Numbered from the stretch's first letter, positions 1-9,945 are shown. The stretch is DNA of 13,841 nt from Octopus sinensis (GCF_006345805.1 NW_021826029.1:1-13841), one strand, 5' to 3'. The notes: a model not told the origin generated them from the sequence alone. Made by a program: numbers and translations.

Positions 1-330
1 AGGGAAGTGTTACCTTCTAGCAAGCTGGTTGAAAGGTGGATGAAAGTTGGAAGAATGGCCAGTGTGAAAGGACCAGTTCAGAATATACATCTGTAAAAAA
101 TTAAAGGAGACGGGCTCTTGCCCTGGTGATCAGGCACCCGTGGATTTTGTGGGTTTCCCCACGAAGGCCTTAAAGCGCCTCACCTACTGGAAGTTTTAAT
201 TTGTTTAATTTTTTATGGTTATATTTTGTTTACATGCTGAAAACCCGTTACCTCGTCGTGTGTTGTCTTTTGCGACTGTTTTATGTCATTTAATGTTGTT
301 GTATGTGAGCCTTTGTGGCCAATAAAATAA
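1..330 (+). mobile_element. 3' end of a non-LTR retrotransposon, probably Tx1/L1-like (ORF2 C-terminus, 3' UTR, polyA signal)
   Basis: Frame 1 is open from the window edge: REVLPSSKLVERWMKVGRMASVKGPVQNIHL, stop TAA 94-96. This resembles the 'F/L-x-x-RW' C-terminus of Tx1-type ORF2 (recalled similarity, not searched). A T-rich 3' UTR follows, then AATAAA at 321-326 immediately before a simple-repeat tract. Confidence 0.55.
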
Positions 331-355
331 TTTATTATTATTATTATTATTATTA

Positions 356-386
<31 letters not shown>

Positions 387-400
387 TTATTATTATTATT
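331..400. repeat. (TTA)n microsatellite
   Basis: Near-perfect TTA array seen directly. Confidence 0.97.
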
Positions 401-947
401 GAGTGAGAGAGCAGTGCATGCCATCAAAGTGACACTGGGGTAAAATATACAAAGCCCAGTATACCCATTATGACTACCCGTCTGATAAGGGTACACTAGG
501 CACATGCATCACAACCATATGTGCGCGATATGGTGATCTCATATCAAGATAAACAGCACATGACATTGCAGGTGGGGCCCAGTTAGAATTTTCTTCTGGT
601 CGAGTAACTCATCCCGCTCAAAAGGTCCTTGAATAAGGGTTGTTTAAGGATGTTGAACGAAACACCCATGTTTCCAGAGGCGAATTATTCAAACCCCAAA
701 GAATCCCTCTCAACACATGGCTATGATGCTCCCCCACTACTTCTGCTCATGATCAGAGATGCACATATCGTCAGCCACTAAGGGACATGCTTAACTGGTT
801 AAGGTCAAACAACTGACAAGCAAATCTGTGGTATTGAGCAGAATATTTGCTGTAGCCCATCTTTTATACCAAGACAAAACAATGCACATGATAACACTTC
901 CAATCAGTTAAGATCAGAAACCACGGGAGCCACTGCACGGTACCGCA
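401..947 (-). mobile_element. ~550-bp non-coding interspersed repeat inserted in a (TAA)n tract (non-autonomous retroposon or LINE 3' UTR)
   Basis: Complex sequence, GC-richer than its flanks, with sharp boundaries and (TTA)n on both sides. No ORF of 60 aa or more in the track. On the minus strand it ends ...CTCTCTCACTC followed by (AAT)n, like a retroposon tail. Resembles an abundant octopus repeat as recalled; orientation is inferred. Confidence 0.6.
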
Positions 948-1027
948 TTATTATCATCATATTATTATTATTATTATATTATTATTATTATTATTATTAT
1001 TATATTATTATTTATTATTACTAGTAC

Positions 1028-1075
<48 letters not shown>

Positions 1076-1091
1076 CATTATCATCATCATC

Positions 1092-1138
<47 letters not shown>

Positions 1139-1174
1139 TCTTCTTCTTCTTTTCTTCTTCTTCTTCTTATCATT

Positions 1175-1227
<53 letters not shown>

Positions 1228-1274
1228 TCTTCTTCTTCTTCTTCTTCTTCTTCTTCTTCTTCTTCTTCTTCCTC

Positions 1275-1316
<42 letters not shown>

Positions 1317-1330
1317 TATTATTATATCAT
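948..1330. repeat. Compound trinucleotide microsatellite (ATT)n-(ATC)n-(TTC)n-(ATC)n-(TTC)n-(ATT)n
   Basis: Seen directly; the (CAT)n(TCT)n block occurs twice (~1079-1168 and ~1175-1275). Confidence 0.97.
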
Positions 1331-1654
1331 CAGGTATTATGGATGTTTTACGATATTTCACTTCACGTAGATCAGTAATAAAACTACAGAAGACTGTGAT
1401 ACACCACGAAGGCTATTTTCTGCATTGTCTTGTATTTCTGTCAAGTAAAATATCTACCATGATTTATTAGACAGCCAGAGTGGCCCGTTAGACAAATTGG
1501 TGTCTGGAAATCGGTCCATGGGAGAGATGAACGGTGGGGGGGGGAGGGTCATTACGAAGTTTAGGTCAATGATCTGACGGTGATAACTTTTGGACTCAGG
1601 TTGGGAGACTTGGTGAGTGTGTTAAGGGTGGCCAACATAACTATATTTTCATAT

Positions 1655-2152
1655 TGATGAATGCTGATGGTGATAATAATGGTTGTGGTGGCGGCGGTGG
1701 TGGTGGTGGCGGTGATGGCTTTAGTAGTGGTGATGATGGTGATAGTCGTACTGTTGGTGGTGGTGGTGGTGGTGGTGGTGGTGATGATGTTGCTGCTATT
1801 GCTATCGGTGATGATGAAGGTGATGATAATGATGATAATGGTGATGTTGATGATAATGATGATGATGATGATAATGATGATAATGATGATGATGTTGATG
1901 AAGATAATAATGATGATGGTAATAAAGAAGAAAAAGACGATGAAGATGGTGATGATGATGATGATGATGATGTAGATGCTGCTGATTATGACGAAGATGG
2001 TGATGATGATGTGATTTGGCAGACATAATAATGGTGGAAGTTGTAGTGGTAGTGATGATGATGAAATTAGTGGCAGTGTTCGCGATGATGACGACGATGG
2101 CGATGACGATAATGATGATGATGATGATGATGGTGGTGATGACGACGATGAT
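1655..2152. repeat. Degenerate (GAT)n/(GGT)n trinucleotide low-complexity tract
   Basis: Seen directly; explains the poly-D/G, poly-M/V and poly-H ORFs at 1654-2243. Confidence 0.95.
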
Positions 2153-2446
2153 GTCTTTATTTTTAAATATCTCAGCCACTTTACTTAGTGGTCGATATGG
2201 GCGGAAGTACAACAAGGAATATCAAGAAATAAATCTCAAATGAAAAGTCTTTTAATAGAATTAGAAAAGAAAACCAAACCAAAATAAAAAAAAAAAATCA
2301 AAAGCTAAAAGAGTCTTCAATAAAGCACGCAACAATAAAACAATGCCAAGTTCTTCCTCACATAAAACTGACCAAAATGTTTTCCAGTCAGAAAACCACA
2401 CGAAAGCTCGTGTAATACAGAGCCGTTAATATTTGATTTTTTCTTA

Positions 2447-2511
2447 TTAGTCGCTCGAAGGGACATCTAACGAGGAACTTGGAATGGTGACAAGTTGCAA
2501 CTCAGACCTTT
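2447..2511 (-). CDS. Candidate terminal coding exon of an unknown gene ((K)RSELQLVTIPSSSLDVPSSD*)
   Basis: Strong minus-strand acceptor ttttgttatttacttatttacag|AA (AG at 2513-2512). The phase-1 frame is open for 20 codons to tandem TAA TAA (2449-2444). Downstream minus-strand ATTAAA (2256-2251) and AATAAA (2161-2156). No homology recognised. Confidence 0.35.
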
Positions 2512-2721
2512 CTGTAAATAAGTAAATAACAAAATAAATAAATAAATACTGTAACGTCTACATATTGTTCTGTTCTTTAATTGTCTATACGCTTCGATAT
2601 ATCTACGCAAACCGCATACATAATTTCATATACACTTTCAAATATACTTTCACGCACAAATGTACATGAAAATACATTTCTGAAAGTTCCAGCTTGTTAA
2701 AGGGGGATACGGGGTAACCTC

Positions 2722-2920
2722 GTATTTTCACTCGTTTCAATCATTGGGCCGCAGCTATTCTGGAGCACAATTTCTATCAGATTTTGTTTTGGACGGTTCA
2801 TATCTTACGAGAAGCGTAAGAATATCCTTTATTCTTTCTTTATAACAAGCACTTAGACTCTAACGCAGAGGAGACAATACAAGGACAAACACAACACCAC
2901 AGTGGGGACAAAAACATAGA
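2722..2920 (-). mobile_element. Decayed 3' part of a SINE of the same family as 8430-8953
   Basis: 2722-2768 (tattttcactcgtttcaatcattgggccgcagctattctggagcac) is a diverged reverse complement of the tail at ~8900-8945 (gtgctccggcatgaccgcagtcaaatgactgaagcaagtaa). ggggacaaa at ~2904-2912 complements tttgtcccc at 8760-8768. Confidence 0.6.
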
Positions 2921-2987
2921 GCGGATGACATGAAGTGTATAAAATGTATAAAGTTAATGATAACGAAATGGCTGCATTGAGCTACAC

Positions 2988-3600
2988 TCTCAAGCTTTCG
3001 AAAAAGACCTTTTCGAGCTTATTAAAAAAGTAAAGTTCCGTAAATTCAGTGATTCATTCTAGAGAGATATGAAACAAAAAATTAGAAATATAAAGAACTC
3101 GAATAAGATTTTCGTAAACTCCGATAGAACAGAGAAACTTATACGCGGTTGAAAAAGACCTTTGCAAACGACTTCTTTCGAATTGCATTACTGACACTTA
3201 CAAAAAAGATAAGACGAAGAGGTGAAAATCGAAGCAAGAAGGATGGCTAACAACCTTAACGTTAGTGATAGGATAGAATACCTTCCCCCACGCTTACCCT
3301 GTATTACTCTTAAGGACCATAAAGCTAATTTCAGTAGATACCCCAAATGTAGACTAATAAACCAGCTAAAACAGAAATATGTATTATTAGTAAAAATATT
3401 TTAGATTCTATTTAAACAAGTTAAATAGAAAATTAACTTTACGGAATTGGGGAAATAGTAAGTCAGTTATAGATTAGCTCAATGTAACTAACCGTAAATG
3501 TAACTGCAAATTTACACAGTTCGATATTGTCGATTTTTACTCGTCAATAACCAAACCTTTACTTCTTAAAGTATTAGACTTTTCCAAGCAATACGTTAAC
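2988..3600 (+). mobile_element. Penelope-like element (PLE) reverse transcriptase fragment, pseudogenised; possibly Naiad clade
   Basis: Across frameshifts and stops: AFEKDLFELIKKVKFRKFSDSF*RDMKQKIRNIKNSNKIFVNSDRT / RNLYAVEK...LLSNCITDTYKK / KIEARRMANNLNVSDRIEYL...CITLKDHKANFSRYPKCRLIN / AKTEICIISKNILDSI / NWGNSKSVID*...CKFTQFDIVDFYSSITKPLLLKVLDFSKQYVN. LKDHK..CRLIN matches RT motifs 1-2, and FDIVDFY (3520-3540) carries the first catalytic Asp motif. Clade assignment is from recalled motif style. Confidence 0.85.
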
Positions 3601-3981
3601 GACGTCTCCCGTCCAATGGACGGTGCTGAGTTGTCAAACATTTAAACCAAATTTTCTCGAAACAACTTGTCCGACCGTCCCATTTTGTGGCATTATTTTA
3701 AGCCAGTCGGCATTTTTTGCAGAAACTGCACGTGCATTTTTCTCGCGTACGCGTAGTATCGATCGCAACAGCTGAAGTACTTGCGCGTACAAATGCATGT
3801 TCCCACGGCTTTATCGATCACATTCTCACCTGGAATCGATTTTTGTAATTCTTTTCAAGACTTATACACGTCCTGATACCGTCGGTATCTACATATCAAA
3901 TTTGAGCGCAATTGGATGGAGGATACCCGAGATCCTAGAAGACACACACACAGACAAACAGAACGGATTTTATATAATAGA
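3600..3981 (-). mobile_element. Non-autonomous Helitron-like element
   Basis: The minus strand starts A|TCTATTATATAAAATCC (TC at 3981-3980), followed by a (TG)/(TCTG) microsatellite. The far end has a GC-rich hairpin CCGTCC-AAT-GGACGG (3609-3623) 9 nt from a terminus GTCG|T, where canonical is CTRR|T, so it is degenerate. The interior is CpG-rich compared with the flanks. Confidence 0.55.
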
Positions 3982-4008
3982 TATATATATATCTATATCT
4001 CTGTCTAT

Positions 4009-4097
<89 letters not shown>
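3982..4097. repeat. (TA)n then (TATC)n microsatellite
   Basis: Seen directly; the perfect TATC run spans ~4009-4097. Confidence 0.97.
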
Positions 4098-4445
4098 ACT
4101 CATTCCTTTGTTCGTCTGCATATGGATTAGTATCATTGTATTTTGTCATATATCTGTAAGATGCTCCATCCTTTTCTACTCCTCTGTATTTATATCTATT
4201 AATTTATCCAATAAAAGATTTCAAATTTTATTTGCCATTTTCTCTTTTGTCAAGTTTTCGTTTAATATTTTTTAAACATTTAAGCTAAATACGTAGTTTC
4301 GAAAAGCTATGAGTGACAGGCTGAGAGTTTTTCATGTTAAAATATCATTTTGACATTATATTTCGAAAATATTTTCTGAAATATAACTCAAATAAAACCA
4401 ATACGTGCGGTAATGCTGCTACGTCTGGTGATAGAGTTGAACGGA

Positions 4446-4700
<255 letters not shown>

Positions 4701-4939
4701 TTAATGAGGAAACGAAAAAGAGACGTTTGAGGCTAAAGGTGGTATTTACAATGAAAATTTCATATTACTTTTCCAAAATAATTTCAGTGAAAATTCTCTT
4801 TCAACTAAAGTTCACAATATACACCTTTCACGAGCTGTGCTGTAGAGGAAGAAACTAGAAAATTTCCTCATAAAGGGTTCCATATTTGATTTAGGCTTGG
4901 AACCGTTTCGTTTCCGTCACACTGCCAATGAGAAGTATA

Positions 4940-5790
4940 TAAATGTCATGGCATCTCTCTTGTGCTTAATGAAACGGAAATATTATTCATAGCTTACATG
5001 TACTTGTAAAAATATCTACTTCCGTCCATATATTCCAAATATGCATAGAGCTGGAGAAATTAACTCCTAAAATGTTCGTAGACAGAAATAAATTGAAGAG
5101 AATTAATGTTACTGTGAGGGGTTACAGAGGCAAAATTCTAGACATTTGCCTGCGCTATCGTAGAGGTTATAAATACATTGATACGTACATACATACACGT
5201 GGATAGAAAACAAAATGTACGCTTTTTAAGACTGAGAGTAAAGACATTGGTCACATTGTTACCAACTGTGCGAAAATTTCTTTCAGGTATTATCTTTGCA
5301 TGAGGCATAATGCGGTGGCCAAAACGGTCTGGAACAGGGTAGCATTAAAAAAATCTACAAAGTCGACTATACTGCGACAGATGAAACCGTTTATGGCGAA
5401 TTAATGCGAAACTTACAGCTGTTGTATCCTAACTATACTTTCGCATTTTGTATCTACCATCAAAGGTGCATTAGGCTGTGTACCTATAAATCTACAAAAC
5501 CCTAGAAATACCAGGTTTTTCGACGAAAGAGCAAAAGAAGCTGGCGTAGATTTTCCAAATCCAATCTATTAGCGATACAGTGAAGACTTGTAAGACATTC
5601 CAAAGATTCTCCGTCAGGGACTATTTAGATGAATAGATACACACACACACTTGGGTGTGCGCTTTGACAGTGCAATCATCACACTTCGTCTACTACATAT
5701 TTACAAATACTGGGAAACCCATTAGCTCAAAAAGCCTTGTCACATTGTTAGCGACTGGCTTGAACTCTCTCAAGAAGAACTTAAATATAA
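4940..5790 (+). mobile_element. 3' fragment of an R4/Dong-type non-LTR retrotransposon (restriction-like endonuclease), degraded and internally deleted
   Basis: From 5213: KCTLFKTESKDIGHIVTNCAKISFRYYLCMRHNAVAKTVWN, a CCHC knuckle (second C mutated to F) plus the RH(N/D) motif. After frameshifts: YGELMRNLQLLYPNYTF (5392), GALG (5465-5476), LEIPGFSTKEQKKL and FQIQSISDTVKTCKTFQRF..., stop TAG 5634-5636. A putative 3' UTR runs to ~5790. The 5' boundary (4940-5200) is weakly supported. Confidence 0.8.
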
Positions 5791-5802
5791 CTCAAAGAAA
5801 AA

Positions 5803-5905
5803 TCATCCATCCATCCTTCCATCCGTCCGTCCATACATGCATGCATACATGCATACATACATACATAATACATGCATACATACATCCATTCATACAAACG
5901 TACAA
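5803..5905. repeat. (CATC)n/(CATA)n degenerate tetranucleotide tract
   Basis: Seen directly. Confidence 0.9.
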
Positions 5906-6256
5906 ACATATATTAGTATATACAATGTGCCAAGTAATATGCACTCTGTAGGAAATTTCCAGTTCTGCTCCACATGGGTATATTTACTTATTGATACTAA
6001 GACATAGATGTATTATTGATAGTAGCCGGCGGTTTCAGTTAGTAACTGAAAATTGACAAAATGCTCGTTTTAGAACACGTTAATATTCGGTTGTTTATAT
6101 ATGTCCATTACTGGAATCATTAATTCACAGAAGAATGATTAAATGAGCCATATATTGTCCAACTGAAACAGTAAGTAGTGGGACTGGACACGTAAACGAG
6201 TTCCTCGTGACAATCACGACTTTCTCTTCTAATGAATGAATTAATTCACACGCCAC

Positions 6257-6562
6257 AGCCAATGAGAAAGAAAGATAGCGATAAAATCCATACGTTTCTG
6301 AATGATATTGCGTTGGTATTTAAAGACAACTTAATTTGACGTGACAAATGGACACTCGAGTTATTCGCAGACTTTGTAGTTAGTGCCATTTATACATTAT
6401 TGAAATAAATATAACGACTTACTCGATATCATGCGACTGAAGATAAAAATAACTGTTCTATTGCAATTATTAATGTAATTTTGAACGTTAGTAGAATAAG
6501 CGAATGTAATATAATTTATAAAAGCTTCAAATTACAGGCTCCGTTTGCCGGAAAGATGGCGG
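6257..6562 (+). promoter_or_regulatory. Cluster of promoter-type motifs (CCAAT, TATA-like, CRE-like, ETS-YY1 composite)
   Basis: AGCCAATGAG 6257-6266, TATTTAAA 6317-6324, TGACGTGA 6337-6344, and CCGGAAAGATGGCGG 6548-6562 (ETS core overlapping the YY1 motif AAGATGGCGG), all in repeat-free DNA. Motif matches only. Confidence 0.25.
6423..6436 (-). CDS. Candidate 14-nt microexon
   Basis: Minus strand reads gttatttttatcttcag|TCGCATGATATCGA|gtaagt: a near-consensus acceptor and a perfect GTAAGT donor 14 nt apart. Confidence 0.4.
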
Positions 6563-8039
6563 TTGGGGTTTAGTTTTCGAATGGTATGTAACTGCAGTCG
6601 AATATAACCGACAAAGAGTTTATCAAACAAATTAAATACGCATTTACTTGACAGATTTTAAAGCTTGCAGTTTGTTGCAGAATAGAAATAAAGGTTGCTT
6701 TACATAGCTCTGGTTATAATTCTTTTTGCAAGCGACACATTCCTTTCAAGTCAACAGCTGCTCGCATTACCGCTTAATATATACTACTTAGAACAAATAA
6801 CAGCATCCTTAATGCTTGCTAATTAAAACCGATTTAACTATGATTCGTGTCAAAAATTTTACTTTTCCACATTCTACAGCCGTTGGGAGCATCTGTTATA
6901 TTTACTACTACATGTAACTATCCAGATATACATAATATTTTATATACACAGCTACTGCCATAATTAATCAGATAAAAGCTTATTCTTATTTTTAAATATT
7001 AGTTAAGTATATAATTTCAAATTTAGAGATTCTTCTATAATTGAAAATAGTTAATATTCATGCAGTGAATAAATGCTTTTAAGAATATTATATGTTAGCA
7101 GCACATGTTATACGATATATATTACACACCATGTCAGCTGTAAATCCAGTTATCATGAAGTAAATTTAATTTTAAAAACAAGGCTTGTTGATAGTTAAAT
7201 TCATAATTTTATAATCATTTCATATAAATATAATAACCACCTTATTTTTAAAATAACACCTGGCATACATATACTACAACTAAGAATTTGACAATTTTTT
7301 CTTGAACAATCTTCATACTTTACAGGCTTCACACGTGAAACTTGCAATCGTTGCAAGCAAAAATATTAGTCTCTCTTTTATCGCCAACCTCGGCCCCAGT
7401 GACTGTTTCTGAAGTTGATGCTCATGTTGACGGTCTACAACCTAAATTATTATCAAATTGTTAGATTCGGTAAATGCAACTGACACAAGATTTAGTTAAA
7501 ATCGCCACCTGTGCCTCGTACTAACTGTAAACACACCGTTAGAAGGTATAATTCTGTGGAATTGTCTGACATATTAATTTAATACTGTTTCAATTCCGTT
7601 CGCCAAACTCTTTCTATAAATCTGCAAACTTCTGAAATACCAGTCAATGGTCGATTCACTGTTCCTTTATTATCGAAGTGAGAATTTTGCTTAAGCAGAT
7701 GTCAATAAGGTACTCAGTATCGACAAGTCTCAACAAATGTGAAACGCGTCTGTCCTTCTCGTGAGTCACTGCAGGGTTGACGTTCGCCTCACTCCGATCA
7801 ATATTGTGTCTTCAGCGCTACAAATCTACCATTTAACGGTGCGTATATATATTTAGTAACAGACACAGATAGAGATTATTATAATGTTATGATGGTATTG
7901 CAGTTGAAGTATCTGTTAAGATCGGACTTTGCTGCCAAAACGATCAAAGTGCGGCAATGTCTTTTTTTGTTCATTGAAAAACAATGTTTACATATATAAC
8001 TATACTTTGGGTCTGTCATGATCCTTAGGACTTAGAAAG

Positions 8040-8286
8040 CAGAACCTTAACCCGAATTCCACGGGTGACTGAGATTACAATACCACTCCCAACTGAACAG
8101 GACGCTGGTCTCTCGCAGGGTAGACTTCCCAGCTATTGTTAGAATTAGAGCTCATTTACAGCTGGATGGACAAGAGTAACGCGAGAACAAGTGTTTTGCT
8201 CAAAGACTCAATGAGCCATCCGATCCGAAAACCGAAGTCAACATTATGAGTGCGGTACCCTAACTATTAGGCCAGACGCACTCACT
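8040..8286 (-). mobile_element. Old tRNA-derived SINE with a CORE-like central domain
   Basis: The minus strand begins AGTGAGTGCGTCTGGCCTAATAGTTAGG (A-box-like), then a degenerate B box. Plus-strand ctcatttacagctggatggacaagagtaacgcgagaacaagtgttttgctcaaagac (~8151-8207) resembles the reverse complement of the CORE-SINE domain. Confidence 0.65.
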
Positions 8287-8429
8287 ATAACCTTATAGTT
8301 AGTGGTAAAAGAAGGGTCACTCGAGGCTGACTGAAGTAATGTGGTTCTGACAGTTCACCTAAAGGTATTGTGATTAAGGACGTAACTGCAAAACTACTCA
8401 CACCCCTAAACTGAATAAAGGCGAGCATA

Positions 8430-8953
8430 GACGTAGGAGTGGCTGTGTGGTAAGTAGCTTGCTTTCGAACCGCATGGTTCCGGGTTCAGTCCCACTGCGT
8501 GGCACCTTTGGCAAGTGTCTTCTACTATAAGCCTCGGGCCTACTAAAGCCTTGTGAGTAGAAAGAAGCCCGTCGTATGTATGTATATATATATATATATA
8601 TATGCCACAGCTCATGAGCTGAAACTAGAATCAATCAATCAATCATATATATATATATATATATAATATATATTATATATATATATATATATATAATATA
8701 TATATATAATTATATATTATGTATATGTATGTGTGTGTGTATATATTTGTATGTCTGCGTTTGTCCCCCAACATCTCTTGACACCGATGCTGGTGTGTTT
8801 ACGTCCCTGTAACCTAGCGGTTCGGCAAAAGAGACCGATAAAATAAGTACTAGGCTTACATAGAATAAGTCCTGGGGTCGATTTGCTCGACTAAAGGCGG
8901 TGCTCCGGCATGACCGCAGTCAAATGACTGAAGCAAGTAAGAGACCAAGAGAG
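8430..8953 (+). mobile_element. Near full-length tRNA-derived SINE with an internal (TA)/(TG) microsatellite (octopus-type family)
   Basis: A box TGGCTGTGTGG 8440-8450, B box GGTTCAGTCCC 8483-8493, CORE-like ggcacctttggcaagtgtctt, internal microsatellite 8575-8745 and 3' half 8750-8953. Related copies occur in this window at 10691, 10850-11224 and 2722. It has a ~19-nt deletion at 8559 relative to the 10691 copy. Confidence 0.9.
8604..8644 (+). mobile_element. 41-nt insert in the SINE (TA)n tract, probably an extremely 5'-truncated LINE tail
   Basis: Perfect palindrome CAGCTCATGAGCTG 8608-8621 followed by (AATC)4 at 8629-8644, with (TA)n on both sides. Confidence 0.5.
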
Positions 8954-9150
8954 TATAGGTAAATGTGTAGGCGCAACGACAATTTTAAACAGTTGGAGCC
9001 GTTTGAAATGACATAGGGGTATGATTTAGAGATGAACTGACAACAATACACTAGATACATAGCTAGACGAGGCAAGCGTCAATAATACTCTTTCGACATC
9101 ATGAATTAAAGAATTCACTAATTTATCAATACACCAATAATAATGCTCAC

Positions 9151-9195
9151 CAGATGCTGGTTGCTAGTGACGTGAAATGGTTCTGGTGTGGAAAC
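9151..9195 (-). CDS. Candidate 45-nt exon ((M)FPHQNHFTSLATSI in phase 2)
   Basis: catttgtacaagcag|GTTTCC...GCATCTG|gtgagc. Good donor, weak NAGNAG acceptor. Open in phase 2, and also in phase 0 (VSTPEPFHVTSNQHL). Confidence 0.4.
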
Positions 9196-9270
9196 CTGCT
9201 TGTACAAATGTTTCATTATTCTTTACGGCTTTCCATAATTAATAAAGCAAATTCTTTTCAGAAAGCTCAC

Positions 9271-9326
9271 ATTGTTATGAAGCCGGTTAAGATGGCTGCC
9301 GCATATAATTTCTTTTCATTAGATTT
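9271..9326 (-). CDS. Candidate 56-nt exon (KSNEKKLYAAAILTGFIT)
   Basis: T-rich tract ...gatttcgttcacatag|AAATCT...ACAAT|gtgagc. Only the phase-0 frame is open. A 75-nt intron (9196-9270) separates it from the next candidate exon. Confidence 0.4.
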
Positions 9327-9470
9327 CTATGTGAACGAAATCGTAACAAAGTTATTGAAATAACAAAGAAAACCAAACATTCACACATTTTGCGACGTAC
9401 AACTCAGACTACTACGCACGCGCAACCACATATGTCCAAACAGGTGTAAACGCATGTAAACACAAACATG

Positions 9471-9533
9471 CGTGTATATATATATATTATATAATATATA
9501 TATATATGCATACATATATATAGATATATATAT

Positions 9534-9571
<38 letters not shown>

Positions 9572-9811
9572 ATGTTATATATATATATATATATATTATA
9601 TATATTATATATGTATAAGTATATATATATATATATATTATGTGTGTGTGTTGTGTGGTGTGAATACAATACACACATACATGTATACATAAACGGATGT
9701 TTACCTACACAAATGTGAACACATATAAACCTCACAAATATTCCAAGATAAATATAAACAGAACTATGTGGATACCTTCAAATACACACGCGTACACGAT
9801 CACACATACAT

Positions 9812-9844
<33 letters not shown>

Positions 9845-9945
9845 CATATGTATATGAATATATTTATATATATACGTATATATTCGTACGTAAATATATA
9901 TATATATATAATTACACACACAAATACACACACACACACGCCACA
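9471..9945. repeat. Two (TA)n/(TG)/(CA)/(CATA) microsatellite blocks (~9471-9690 and ~9780-9945)
   Basis: Seen directly. Confidence 0.95.

Noticed and set aside
1370-1443. Imperfect hairpin with a miR-2-like seed (TATCACAG on the minus strand)
   Set aside because: The seed lies in a poorly paired part and the rest does not match miR-2; too many bulges for a pre-miRNA.
1654-2243. Poly-Asp/Gly, poly-Met/Val and poly-His ORFs
   Set aside because: Open in several frames on both strands because (GAT)/(GGT) repeats lack stops; microsatellite artefact.
4704-4871. Short inverted repeats ATGAGGAAA/TTTCCTCAT and AAAGGTG/CACCTTT, MITE-like
   Set aside because: Only 7-9 bp, unequal spacing and no clear TSD; plausible by chance in AT-rich DNA.
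8611-8630. CTCATGA-GCT-GAAA-CTAG hammerhead-like spacing
   Set aside because: Core mismatch and no stem II.
8398-8634. 78-aa and 69-aa minus-strand ORFs
   Set aside because: Antisense translation of a SINE head plus microsatellite.
9154-9363. 69-aa plus-strand ORF
   Set aside because: No recognisable motif; the splice signals in this segment favour the minus strand.
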